A DNA stretch of 63,250 bases, filler included, from Reclinomonas americana ATCC 50394 (taxonomy: Eukaryota), in assembly GCA_048213135.1 (NCBI GenBank). It is 8 parts of 3 records of this genome, joined end to end, with 100 filler letters (N's around TTAATTAATTAA, not from the genome) between each part and the next. Parts side by side here need not be neighbours in the genome. Positions count along the whole stretch, not along the records: positions 25,996 to 42,809 come from PS015811.1; positions 42,910 to 46,404 come from PS015811.1; positions 46,505 to 58,079 come from PS015812.1; 5 more parts are not named here. One strand, given 5' to 3'. The notes under the pieces are model-generated. The model was not told where the DNA came from, did not search any database, and saw nothing but the letters and a program-made list of their open reading frames with translations. This document shows, one piece after another, positions 37,050 to 50,100 of this stretch (positions are counted from its first letter, which is position 1; each line of letters starts with the position of its first letter). The position numbers and the translations under genes were made by a program.

Positions 37050-40000
37050 ATGACCGATGCGGCTGCGCGTCGACAAAGCGTTGCTCGGGTTCGTTCCCAA
37101 CGCTTTTCCATCACTTTCTCTCTTTAAACGATCACGAGCGACTGACATGCGCGACAGGGATCGCTGGTCACCAATGAGGACTTCCGCTTGCAACTCGAAC
37201 TGTTGAACAAGACGCAGCAGCGATTGCCGACGCCGCCACCGCCGGGAGTCTCGGCCACTGTGCTGTCTGCGTACTCGCGGCCTCGCACAGCCGCCAACTC
37301 TGGTCGTGGAGCGTATGCGATTCATCAGTCGCCGTTGCCGTCGCCGCGGTGTACGAGTGCGCCAGGCACGTCGAGAACGCGAGGCCGATCGGCGTCGGCA
37401 GTGCATTCGCGGACGGCGAGTAACAGTACGGCAGGAAGCAGCAAGCCGATGCAGCCGTCGACGCATCATTTGTCGGCGCCATGGCACTTGCGTATTCCGA
37501 CGCAGGCCACTTCGCCGATTCCCGACTTGCGGTGTGTGCATGTGACGAGATATCGAAAGCAATAACAGCAGCAGCTGACTGTGCTTTTGTGTGCAGTCTG
37601 CAAGACGGCTTGTTGCATTCGACCAACGAGATGAAACCGAGAATGGAGCTACCGCTGGTGCGTGTGTGTGTGTTCTGTGGCATTGGTGTGTCGAGTCGCC
37701 ACAGCTCATCTTCTCGCCGCGCAGGACATGCTGGATGAGGATCGCCACTCGATGCTCTTTCGCAAGCCTCCAGCCGCTTCGTTCCGCATTCGCACGCCTC
37801 GTGTGGATCGCCCGATTCCCACTCCAGGTCCGCTGGTGGAGGATCTCAACGTTGCGCGCAGCTCACACACTTATCGGCCCTCCATGCTTGTTCTCATGCG
37901 GTGGATGTGCACTCGACAGGCGGTGATCCGCGCAGCTGGCTCACTGGACGACACCGATCTGGCCACGTTCGGTCGCTACAAGCCCGTGCAACCGCCACAG
38001 ACATCGTCACTGTCGCGACCACTGAGTGCCGCCGCAGCGTCAGCCAATCGGTGGGTGCCTCTGCTTGTCTCTCTTTTTTCAAGCTCACCACTGACTCGTG
38101 TATTGCATAGCCGCATTCACAAGGCTTTCTTCGACAACGATCTCTTTATCACAGCCTCGGGAAGTCTCTCCAGTCGCTCAGCCGCCACAGAACCGTATCC
38201 GCTGGCGCGCTCCAGTTCAGCAAGCGGTCGCAACGCCAGTTCACGGAACTTGTCATCAGGTGGCAATGCACGCGAGTCGTCCAAGAGTGCGCCGGTTTCC
38301 CCGCGAATGCGAATGAGCGAGGAGTGGAACAAGCACATGAAGAGTGGTGCGGCTGCGTGTGTGTCTCCGTGTTGTATTGGTGTGAACTGTTGGCTCACCG
38401 AAAAGCATGACATCAGGCCGTGGTCCGGCTCCGGGCGGTCTGTTTGACTCCGAGGTCACGCAGGTACTAGACATGGCCACACTGGATCCGGTGTCACAGG
38501 CCATGACGCAGATGGCCGAAGCCGCACAGGTACGAGCCATTTGAGAAACTACTGTGAGCATGTGTGTGACTGAAACTCACTGTTGCTCTCGTCATCAGCT
38601 GGCTCGCCGTGCAAAGCAAGCCGAGGCTGCCGAGCGCGAGGCGCCACGATCGACCAACAAGTCCTCCGACGAGATCTCCGCCATCAAGAATCGCATGCGC
38701 AAGGCGGCTGCCACCAGGCAAGAGCAGGTAATGTGACATGTCGTCTCCTGTACGCATGGTGTGCATGCTTCTCACGCATCATCGCAGGCGGCGGCGACTG
38801 CAAGCTTTTCGCACGACACAGTTCCCACGTTGCCCGAAGGAGCACAGCTCGAAGACAGTTGCGAGATGACAGTGCCGCACGTTGCACTCTTCTTGTCGCA
38901 CATGCTGATATCCATCGACGCGCAGATGTCGATGTCTTGCTGGCCTGGGCTCGACAAACACGGCGTCGTGGCTTGTCAGCGCCGGCAGTGACGCGCACGC
39001 AAACAAAACCAAAACCTGCGACAACCATTACCACTTCAGAGAAACTGCAGAGGCGATTGGCCGACATTTCGGCGCACCCAGAAGAGGTTGTGCAGCTGTT
39101 CCAGCGGTGCAGTTTCGTGGTCTCTTGTAGATGCTGCCGCCAGCATGCTCATGCAGCCACACTCATCATCACTACGCACAGAGACGTACGAGGAGGAACG
39201 AAAAGAGAAGCGTGAAAATCGCATTCGAGAGGGCAAGTGTTTTGTCAAGGAGAACAAATTCGAGGCGGTTCATCCAGAAGTCCGCGACGAACAACGTGAA
39301 CAGGCGGTGCGTGTTTGGAACGGGTGGGTTGGATGGTTTTCTGGGTCATCATCTCATGCACGCTGCTGCCGTTGAACAGCGCTTGATGGAGGAGGATCGC
39401 ATGGCCAAGGTGCTCGGCCGCCACACCCAACTGCAACAGGAGCGCGCGGAGAAGCAGGAACGCATGCGCCAGGAACTCGAGTACCGCATGTTGGAGGTAC
39501 ATGTTGTTTCCGAGCACCATCATCTCTCCGTCTCTCTGTGCTTATAAGCATCACCTCCCACAGGCGTCGGAACGCAAGGAGACCATCCAGACACAGAATG
39601 AGCGACAACGCCGGCAAATGTACTGGCTGTACTTTGCCGAGCTCTTTCCGCGAGTCCTGCACTGGGCGGGGCGATTACGGGTGCGTCATATTTCGAGATG
39701 CACGAGCAGAAGAACCGTGTACTTACAAAGAATTGTGCTGCAGATGTCACGGATTGCACTTGCGCGCCGTCGTCGCCTGGAGCATGCGGCTCTCGTCATC
39801 CAGAGGCTATTCTACCCTCGGGTACTCTTGCGTAGTCGGCTCCGTGGGCGCCGTCTTGCAGCCGTGCTGCACAGGTTATTCGCCAGTGGTTTCTTGCTTT
39901 CATCGTACGATTTTGTCATCGTTGCTCAAACACACAACTGTGTACAGGGCTGCATTGCAACTAGCCATCGGTCGCCGTGTGTTCCGCAAGCGTCGAATGG

Positions 40001-41639
40001 TTGCGCGCATCATTTCCTTCTTGCGAACGCTGTTTGCCGCCTCGGAGGTGCGGCATCGCATTCAGCAGTACATGCTGCACGGTGAGTGGAGAACAATGTC
40101 CGCACAAGGGCTTCTACGAAGGTAGGCTCACATCATAATTCGCCTGTCGTCGTGCAGTGTATCGCATCCAACGAAACATGCACGACCTGTCGGCCATCAC
40201 CAAGGCGCGCCGCGACCTCATGCTGTGCCAGTGGTCGTGGTACTTCCGACAGTACCTCACGGTCATGCTCAAGCCGCACAGTGCACTCATGCCGGTCTCT
40301 CGACCAGCTCGTTCACCGGTATGTGTGAAAAACACGATCTATGTGCAATACCACATGCCTCACGCTCTGACATGTGCATATGCAGGCGGAGGGACGATTT
40401 GCCTCGACCAACCACCGTGCCAGTGTTGTTTTCCAAGCATCACAGAGTGGCGAGCTGTTGCCGCAGGCCATTATCGGTCGTCGAGCAAGTACTGCAGCCG
40501 GTGCGTCTGGAGAACGGCGTGGACAGCGCGGCAGCACAGTGCTGGCCGAGGCTCCCGCCGTCGGAGAAAAGAAAGAGAAGCCTGCCAAATCGTGCGTCCC
40601 TTTAGTTGTTCCGGTGGATGACGACCGATTGCTGAAAACCCTTGGTGTCGCACGCACAGCTCCACGTCCAAACGGACGGTGCGAATCGCAGCGGAGGAGA
40701 TGCCGAGAAGAGCATCGCATGCAGCGCGCCGTATGAGCATGGCGGGTGGCGATCCGTGCCAGGATTTCGCGGCCCTCATTCCGTACATGCGTCCGATGCA
40801 CACTCGTGCGTTGGAGATGGTGGCCAACTTTGTTCGCGCTCACCGTGTCGAGTATCGCAAGGCTCGCGATGCGTACTTCCCCGCCATGGCGACGTGGCGT
40901 CGCACCTACGACGAGCGCTTCACCAGTGAGATGATGCGATATCAGATGGCGGTATGTGTCAGACCAGCAGGAGGGGAAGAAGGGGTGTGGATGCATCTGA
41001 CTGATCGCACTCGTCGCAGGTGCCAGCGATTGCACACGGACATGGTTCGCGTGGACACGGTCACGCGATGCAAGTCTCGCAGGTGCAAATGATGAAACTC
41101 GACAGGCCCGAGGTGCAGCAGCACATCCCCGAGGTCGTCAAGAACGAGTTGCTCAAGCTCGAGGCCACAAAACCGCGCATGCCGTTCCTCCGCCCCATTT
41201 TGACTCTTGGCGAGCTGCAGGAACTGTGGCAGGTGAGTGTGACCTGGAAAATAGAAGTACAAGATGCAAGAGAAGGTGGAGTAGAAGGGCGACAAGCACA
41301 AGGAGAAGACGAAGAACAGGGAGAAGAAGAAAGAAGTAGGCCCACGCTGTGCCTGTGGACACTGACCGTCGTGTGCAGGACACATTGTTCTGCGCCGTGA
41401 CTTGGCAAGCCTCGGAGATCAACGTGAAGCCGACCATTCTCATTCGTCGCTTCGCCGCCAAGGCCTCCGATGCCGCCGTGCTGGCGGCCGACATGGATCG
41501 ATGGCTGCATGGCGCCGGAGCCGACTACATTCGTGAACTCGGCGTCAAGATGGTGCCCGACAAGGAGAACATCTACGCCTCGGCGCACAGACCATCGATA
41601 GCGATGACACTCGACGATGCCAGCTCGTTTGTGGTATGA
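37050..41639 (+). CDS. Hypothetical large multi-exon coiled-coil protein with IQ-like basic segments
   Basis: In-frame exon chain with R/E-rich coiled-coil (EEDRMAKVLGRHTQLQQERAEKQERMRQELE) and IQ-like segments (AALVIQR; IQRNMH); ends TGA at 41637-41639. No family recognised. Confidence 0.55.
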
Positions 41640-41959
41640 AATAGAGGGAGGAGTTTTTTTCTTTCTGCTGTCTGTGTATATACTCAACCGATATGGCCAG
41701 GGTTCGTCTGTCACCGATGACGATCGGACGACGCTGACGATGGACGACGACGAGTACGACTTGGAGTCCGACTTCTAAGACTGTGTTTAACAACTAAAGG
41801 AATCAAGCTATTTGTTGGAAGAATGCCACGCTCGCTCATCTTTTTTTATAATTCTCTCGCCACGGGTGTGGTGTGGTCGAGGAGTGGTTGTTTTTGAGTG
41901 AGGTGTTATGAGTCTGAACCGAGTCTAGATCTAGGTGTGTGCGTGTCTCCCCCGCACGA

Positions 41960-42191
41960 TTAGAACTTGTACACCTGGCTCTGGTTGTAGCCGAGGCGCT
42001 TCAGTGCGCAGTCGAGGTCACCCTGGTCGGTGGGGCTCTTCTTCTCGCCGGAGATGGCCTGCGCATATACAAAAGTGAGATGATCGATGACTGGCAACGC
42101 TTGCGTTCGTTCACCCTCACTCACCTTCATCATGCCGGGCGGACCGCAGACGAACACCATGTTGTCGTCACTCGGCGCCGGCATGTACTTC
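41960..42191 (-). CDS. NADH-cytochrome b5 reductase, last two exons
   Basis: [52 protein letters not shown] is the typical C-terminus. Confidence 0.92.
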
Positions 42192-42344
42192 TGCGCAGGC
42201 AGAAGTGGATTGAGAGAAGAGGGGAGGGTAAGGGAGAGAGAGGAGGGGGGGGGAGGGAGAGGAGGGAGGGGGAGGGAGAGGGAAATGGAAAGGGAGAGAG
42301 TGGGGTAAGGTAGAGAGAGGGGTGAGAGAGAGGAGGATGTAGAG

Positions 42345-42733
42345 GCAAAAGCCCTTGTGACCGCTGAGAGAGAGAGGAGGAGGAGGAGGAGGAAGAAGAG
42401 AAGCCCTCATGACTGTTGGCGGTAATGCGAAACACAGGAGAGGAAAGAGTGAATGTGCGAGAGAGCGAGAGAGTGGGAATGAGGGAGAGTGACAGGAAGC
42501 AAAAGCCCTTGTGACCGCTGAGAAAGAGAGAGGAGGAGGAAGAAGAGAAGCCCTCATGACTGTTGGCGGTAGTGCGAAGCACGGGAAAGGAAAGAGTGAA
42601 TGTGCGAGAGAGAGCGAGAGAGTGGGAATGAGGGAGAGGGATAGGAAGGGGGAGGGATGAGGTAAGGGGGAGAGAGGGGTGAGAGAGAGAGAGGAGGAGG
42701 GAGAGGGACGAAGCAGAAGCCCTTGTGACCGCT

Positions 42734-42740
<7 letters not shown>
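42345..42740. repeat. Intronic tandem duplication (unit about 150 bp) in purine-rich DNA
   Basis: AAGCCCTTGTGACCGCTGAG occurs three times; AAGCCCTCATGACTGTTGGCGGTA and GGAAAGAGTGAATGTGCGAGAGAG each occur twice. Confidence 0.8.
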
Positions 42741-42793
<53 letters not shown>

Positions 42794-43271
42794 TGGTGGC
42801 GGAGGACAANNNNNNNNNNNNNNNNNNNNNNNNNNNNNNNNNNNNNNNNNNNNTTAATTAATTAANNNNNNNNNNNNNNNNNNNNNNNNNNNNNNNNNNN
42901 NNNNNNNNNCGGTCGTGACCACAAATATACCATTGCTGGTGGGACCCGGCGGACAAGAAGTTGTCATGGTGGTCAAGTCAAACAAGCTTGCAAAGCATAC
43001 AGACGAGCACCACTCGTGATGGTAGCAGCAGGGGTTTCCTGTTTTTGTGGCGCGTGATCGATTGTCGCGCGCAACACTTCGAACTGCATTACCCACGAAA
43101 TCCTTTCAAGGCCAACACGCGTTTGATTGGCTTTTCTGCGACGGAGAAGAGTAACTATGTGTTTTGTATATTGTTGGTGTGCCAAGGTCATTGTCGGTAA
43201 GGGATTTGTGGACATTTGTAGCATTATTGTAATTTGGTGTCATGGAATTGCTTTTCTGATGGAAATCCTCT

Positions 43272-46200
43272 TCATAGAATCTCCCTCGTGTAACCACCAC
43301 ACAAATCCCTCGCCCGCTGCATCACCGCGTACGCATCCATCGCCGACGGTCGCGAGTCAACAAACAGCGACATGCACCTGTCACCGACATGAGACCTCTC
43401 TCGTTCGCCCCCAACAACACCCTGCACACCCGCACAACAACGCAACGTGACGCCAAGCTCGAGCATGAGTCGCGCCACCTGCTCATCCCACACGCCCGCC
43501 GCCGCGTCCGCCTCGTCCTTGACATTGAGCGTGGCCAGCGCGCGTTCCCACCGCGGAGCAATATCGACGACTTCACGCGCACTGCGGCCGGTCAGCAGCT
43601 GCAGCAGAATGACGCCCAGCGCGTACATGTCGGTGGAGAAACGCACGCGACGCGTTTGCAGTGTCAGCGGATCCACGTAGAAGGGGGAGCCCAGTGAGGC
43701 GGTGGTGCGCGACTGCAGGGGTGCGATGTCAGCGCGAAACGAGGACTCTCTTTTTGGTGACCATCTTTTTTCTTCTCACCTCGCCCTCGTCAAAGATACG
43801 CGCAATACCAAAGTCGGCCAGGCACGGCTCCAGTCGGTCGTCGAGCAGCACATTGGAGGGCTTCAAATCGCGGTGCACCACGTCGTGCTGCAAGGGGGTA
43901 AGCTCACTGCTGATGTGGACTGCTGACTGGCAGTGTACTTCATACCTTGTGCAAAAAGAGCACGCCCTCCGTGATGCCCAGTGCGATTTGCACGCGCTGC
44001 AGCACCGTCAGTGGCTCACCTCCCGGTGGACAGCGCATCAGCCGGGCCTCTAGATCGAGACGACTGTGAATGGAGGGGTTTAGCGGTGGTGATCGGAAGG
44101 AGCGAGCGAGGGGAAGACTGAGTGCAAACGCACTTCATGGCCTTGTAAACGAGGCACTGTTCCGTTAGCGGCTCGGTGCGAATGGCGTACCCCAGCAGCG
44201 GCACGAGGCGGCGGTGTCGCAAATGACCAAGAGTTTTTATCTGCGTCACTCGGCGTGTCAGCGAGAAGACGACGGCGTAGAGGCAGAACACAGACGGACA
44301 GCTCAGCATAGGAAGACACAGCAACGCGAACGAAATGCCACTCCTCGCTGCCTTTGCAAGGATAGTGCAGAGCGAAGAAGAACGAACCGCAGATAGATCT
44401 AGAGGGACAGGCTTCAAGAGAAGGAGAAGTGCAAACGTGATGCTGGACACTTGCCTCACTCCACTCCCCGAGACAGCACAGACAGCACAGGGCAAAGAAG
44501 AACGAACCACGCACAGATAAAGAGGGACAGGCTTTGAAGAAGGAGAAGTGCGGACTTGACGCTGGACGCTTGCCTCACTCCACTCCCCGAGACACCAGCA
44601 GCATGGGTACAGCGAGGTGGAAACCGATCAAGAGAGAGAGAGAGACAGAGAGACAGGAAACAGGAGGATAGGAAGAGATGCAATGGGATGTTGGAGCCTC
44701 ACTTAGGAGAGACAGAACCAGAAGAGTCAGAGGGAGAGGCCAGAGAGGAGATGCAAAACTGAGAACGTTATGCTGATCACCAATCTCACTCCATTTTTCA
44801 ATGACAGAGTATGGTTGAGAGAGAAAGCAAACTGAGAACACGATGCTGTTCACCAGTCGCCCTCCATTCTCTTGAGACAGCGCACAGGAGTCAGAAACGC
44901 TGAATATCTGTCAGCCAAGTCGCTGTGAACACATCGTTGCTCTTGACACACTGTTTGTCTTCCCCTCCTTTCAAGCCTCTCCTCGGCCTTGGAGGCCCTC
45001 TAAATCTATTCTTATGACTTTAAGAAAGTGATCACGAAGACACTTGCTGGCTCGGAGACTGTTCTTCTCGAAACGGAAAGGAGTTGATTCCCAGACGAGA
45101 CAGGGTTGCGATCGCCTCCCTTCCCCCCTACCCTCCCCCCTTCCTCTTCTTCCTCCCCACCTCCGCCTCAAACGACCCCCTCGCCACCGCCGTGCTCGTA
45201 TCCAACACCTTGATGGCCACCTCGTCGTCCCCGAGAAGCGCAATGTACACCTTTCCCTGACCGCCCTCGCCAATCATGTACCGCGGCGAGAACGATTCGG
45301 TGACCGCCTGCAGCTCCTCCCACGAATACACACGCAGCTGGCTGGCATTGCCCCCTGCTCACTCACACACACGAAGTTAGCAGAAACCGACTCACTCTCT
45401 TCCATTGCTAGCAAGAGAACCTTGCAACTGGGCGACTTGCTGCTGCAACAAATCAATCTGCTGTTGCTGCACACGCATTCGCTCCTGCATGTGCTCGTTG
45501 ATCTCACGCGCCTGTTCCAGCGCACACCGCAGCTCGCTCATCTCCCGCAGCATCGGTTCTCGCTCGACCTCGACGGCGCTCAGCGCCTCACGCATCCTTC
45601 CCAGTGCCGTCTCCGCAAACAGCTCCGACATGCTCAGCTGCTCGCGAGCCTCCTCAAGCTGCCGCTGCGCGAGCTGCAGGCGCGACTCTGCCGTCTCAGC
45701 ACGCTGCTGCGTGGCCGTCAACTGCTGTCTCACCGAGGCGAGCTGCATGGTGGCCATGTTGGCCGCGTGCTGCGCCGCCAGTCGCGCCTTCTCCGACTCG
45801 GTTAGCTGCTGTGTAGTGGTGTCCAGCTGCTGCGACAGTGCCGCACGCTGCACGCGTTCGTCGTGCAGCTCCGCCGTCAGTGCCTCCACTTGCTGCTGCC
45901 AGCGCTTGTAGTCGGCCGAAGGGTGCGCCGGGACCACAGTGGCGCGACGCGGCATGCCACGCGCCGACATGGGTGGTGAGGGGGCTATGGCGGTGGTGGC
46001 TGATGTCTGCTGTGGTGCCGGTGGCGTCGCTAATCTTGCAAGAGACAGTGGCGGCAGCGAGGGCGGGGCGGCGGCGGTAACGGTGGTGGCTGCCATCGAA
46101 CCATCTTCTGGTGTTGCGCCGTCGGATGGAGGGTGCGGTGTGGCCGGCCACGACACTGTCAGCACGCTCGACTGTCGTTCCAACAGCGAGGCGGGAGCCG

Positions 46201-46280
46201 ATGCCATACGCTCGTGCGCGCCAAATATGGACGGTCGTCGAGCCGCGGCCGTGACCTCGGGTGGAACTTTGTTATTTTCA
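43272..46280 (-). CDS. RLK/Pelle (IRAK-like) Ser/Thr kinase with an N-terminal coiled coil, 5'-partial
   Basis: [14 protein letters not shown]...[10 protein letters not shown]...VAIKVL...[22 protein letters not shown]...CLVY...[21 protein letters not shown]...[12 protein letters not shown]...ADFGIAR...GSPFYVDP...[16 protein letters not shown]...RPS. Confidence 0.9.
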
Positions 46281-46505
46281 AGAGAGAAAGTGAGCGACAC
46301 CATGCGACGACGGTGGAGCAGGGGCAAACATACCAGGCTCCCACACGCGCACCGTGCGGTCCTCGGAACCACTCACAATGCGCCCATCATGCAAGAACGC
46401 GACCNNNNNNNNNNNNNNNNNNNNNNNNNNNNNNNNNNNNNNNNNNNNTTAATTAATTAANNNNNNNNNNNNNNNNNNNNNNNNNNNNNNNNNNNNNNNN
46501 NNNNA

Positions 46506-46696
46506 GTGCCTCCGTCGAGTGTGCTCACCAGGGCGCCTGTGTCGCTGGCGAACACGCGGACTTGCTTGTCGCCACACGCGGTCGCCACCAGTTGGTGTGG
46601 TGGCGCGTCAAAGTGTGGGGAGACGGCGAGTTGGTGCACGGCCGCAGTGTGGCCCGTGTACTGCTGCACTTCGTGCAGCTGTTGTTGTTGTGACAT
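46506..46696 (-). CDS. WD40-repeat protein, 5' fragment
   Basis: MSQQQQLHEVQQYTGHTAAVHQLAVSP...VATACGDKQVRVF...GALVSTL. Confidence 0.8.
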
Positions 46697-47182
46697 GCGT
46701 GCGCGCAAGAAAGAGGAAGGAAGTGAGTGAGGAGGGATGAATTGCGGTTCAACCGAAGTTAGTTGTCTTCTTCTCAAAGGCAACTGCAGTTGTACGAACT
46801 CGCTCCTCGCTCGTGGTGCTCTCTGCCTGCTGTGGTCGTGCGGCTGCTGCTGGGGGAACGCGACTTGACAGCAACAAAACACTTCGCGAAGTTGTCTCTG
46901 TTTTGCAGTCACTGGCGTCGCAGTGTAGCACACCCCTGCGATCTGCTAGCATCCACAGCTGCTGGCTGTCGAGTCCGTGGGCAAATGAACTGGCCTCGCC
47001 CTTCGCCTCGCTCTCACTCTCCTGCACCTATGCAGCGCAGCGGTCCACACGACCGGTCACAACCTGTCGCGCCTCACCATCATCCTCGAAGCTGCGGCCT
47101 GCATCGGTCCAGTCGCAGGGCGAAAGAAAAACAGCCTCCCCTTCGCCTCGCTCGTATTACCACCCATTGCTCCTTCGCTGTA

Positions 47183-50100
47183 CTACGTTCCCGCGGCCGC
47201 AGTCCGCGTGCTCACCACAATCTGTCGCGCACCACCGGGCCGAACAAAGCTGGCTTCGTCCTTGCCAAGACGGCTCGGCGACGATCGCCGGCCGTCGTCA
47301 CCATCACCGGCATCGTCGTCGTCGTCTCCGTCGTCATGCTCACGGTCTAACCTATCCATTTCGCGCAGTGCAAGTTCCTCGGTGAGTGCCGAGGCTGCAA
47401 AAGTCATGCTGGCGGCGTCTACGGGGTACCACACGTCGAGTCGAGGCAGCTGGCGGCTGCTGTTCGAGTACATGACTCGCAGCACCTGCGTTGCCACCAA
47501 AATGTATGTGAGAATTTAGCTCTTGCGCCCCCTTTCCACGTGAGCGATTGAACGCACCGCCGGCAGTGGCGGCACCTCGTCGGGGTACGCCTGCAGACGC
47601 ATACTGTCGAGCACGTGAATGAGGAAGCGCTGCAGCTCGCTGGGTGTCAGCGCGAACTCCTCGGTGGCGAGCAGGTGCCGTCCAGGTGGCAGAGGCTCTT
47701 GAATCTCTTTCCTGGATCCGGTGAGGTCGAAGAACGAGATCATGACATCCAGAAGCTGCAGAGAGAGGGTCAGTCATGCGTGTCTCCTTTTTGGGGGCGA
47801 GTACATGGGAGAAGAAACACGCGAGACGCACCAAAGACGTGTCCACCGTGGGCGAAATCAGCATGACGAGCAGCTTGATCTCCCACATGCGCAGCATGGC
47901 CGGGTCGGTGGAGGCCAGTGAGTCCACGGCACGCCTGGACGACGAGGCCGAGGAGGGGTTGTCTGGCGAGGTCGCAGTGGCCTCACGATGAAGCCGCTCC
48001 TGTGCAATGGTATGTGTCAACACAACATCTTTTCTCTCTTTCTCTCTTCTCTCCTGAAACAAACCTGCTCCAGCGCCATGTTTCGCATGCCGACAAACGC
48101 GCCAATCATGCGCGATACGNNNNNNNNNNNNNNNNNNNNNNNNNNNNNNNNNNNNNNNNNNNNNNNNNNNNNNNNNNNNNNNNNNNNNNNNNNNNNNNNN
48201 NNNNNNNNNNNNNNNNNNNNNNNNNNNNNNNNNNNNNNNNNNNNNNNNNNNNNNNNNNNNNNNNNNNNNNNNNNNNNNNNNNNNNNNNNNNNNNNNNNNN
48301 NNNNNNNNNNNNNNNNNNNNNNNNNNNNNNNNNNNNNNNNNNNNNNNNNNNNNNNNNNNNNNNNNNNNNNNNNNNNNNNNNNNNNNNNNNNNNNNNNNNN
48401 NNNNNNNNNNNNNNNNNNNNNNNNNNNNNNNNNNNNNNNNNNNNNNNNNNNNNNNNNNNNNNNNNNNNNNNNNNNNNNNNNNNNNNNNNNNNNNNNNNNN
48501 NNNNNNNNNNNNNNNNNNNNNNNNNNNNNNNNNNNNNNNNNNNNNNNNNNNNNNNNNNNNNNNNNNNNNNNNNNNNNNNNNNNNNNNNNNNNNNNNNNNN
48601 NNNNNNNNNNNNNNNNNNNNNNNNNNNNNNNNNNNNNNNNNNNNNNNNNNNNNNNNNNNNNNNNNNNNNNNNNNNNNNNNNNNNNNNNNNNNNNNNNNNN
48701 NNNNNNNNNNNNNNNNNNNNNNNNNNNNNNNNNNNNNNNNNNNNNNNNNNNNNNNNNNNNNNNNNNNNNNNNNNNNNNNNNNNNNNNNNNNNNNNNNNNN
48801 NNNNNNNNNNNNNNNNNNNNNNNNNNNNNNNNNNNNNNNNNNNNNNNNNNNNNNNNNNNNNNNNNNNNNNNNNNNNNNNNNNNNNNNNNNNNNNNNNNNN
48901 NNNNNNNNNNNNNNNNNNNNNNNNNNNNNNNNNNNNNNNNNNNNNNNNNNNNNNNNNNNNNNNNNNNNNNNNNNNNNNNNGCACGGGACGACCATATTAC
49001 GTACTGCACACACCGGCCCCAACAAACACAAACACACAGAGCAAGCAAACCTTCTTCGCCTCCTTTCGATGCTGCTGTGCAGCCGAGCTGGTGACGGTGC
49101 GCGCCATCAGCACCTGCGCCTGCACTTGCTGTGCGGATTTCTCTCTCTGTACAGTCGTCAGTCACCATTCTTCTCACCCCACCACCACTGCGCCCTCCAC
49201 TCACCTCCTGCTGCAAGGCGGCAATGATGGCCACTTGGCGCTGCCGACGTTCCTCCTCGTCGGCACCATCTTCCAGCACATCGTCCGAGTTGGATGGTGC
49301 GTCGGTGTGTGCCGAGGCCACCACCACCGGCGCCGGTCCGCGTTGTGGCACCGGAATCAGTGTCAGTGTCCACGCCGACTTGAAGGGCGGCTCGCCATTG
49401 TTTTCCGTCCATTCGGAGCGCGCGACGACACCGGCCGATGTCTGCGCTGCCGTGCTGGCCACCGACACCGAGGCCACCACGGCGTCGGCCTGAGCGCGCT
49501 GTTGCTGCAGCTGTGCCTCGAAAAGCGCCTGCTGTCGTGCCGTCGCCGCCTCTGCACACATCGGTGTTTCAGCACACACACACAGAGCACACTCTTGCAT
49601 CATGAGCACAACCGACCTGCAGCCTTCTTTTGCGCCACCAGCTCATTGTAGCGATCCTCGACGTCGTGCAGCTTGAGACGCAGTTGAACGACCTCGGCCT
49701 CGGCGCGCTTCTTGGCCTCCTCCGTCTCCTGGAACATCAGGTCGCCCTGGCGGACCAGCTCTTGCATGAGCGACACGAGCAGCGTTCGTGTGTTACTGGA
49801 GGGGGGAAAAGGAGGGTAAGTGAGTGTTCACTAAACGTGCATGCGAGTCCATGCACGCCTACAGACCTCGCCAGGAACATGAGATCGGCTGTGCCCTCTT
49901 CCTGCGTCCACTCAAAGGCCGCAGTCGGCGGAATGATCTTGCGACGGCCCTGACCGCCGAGTGCAGACTCGGCCGCCGAGCTCGGTCGTCGCGCACTCGG
50001 CGTCTGTGGAGCGGCCACCGAGAACGAACTACGCGCACCCGGCGTGGAGACTCTGGACATGAGCTCCTCGCTCACATACGACGCCGAGTCCTCGTCGTCG

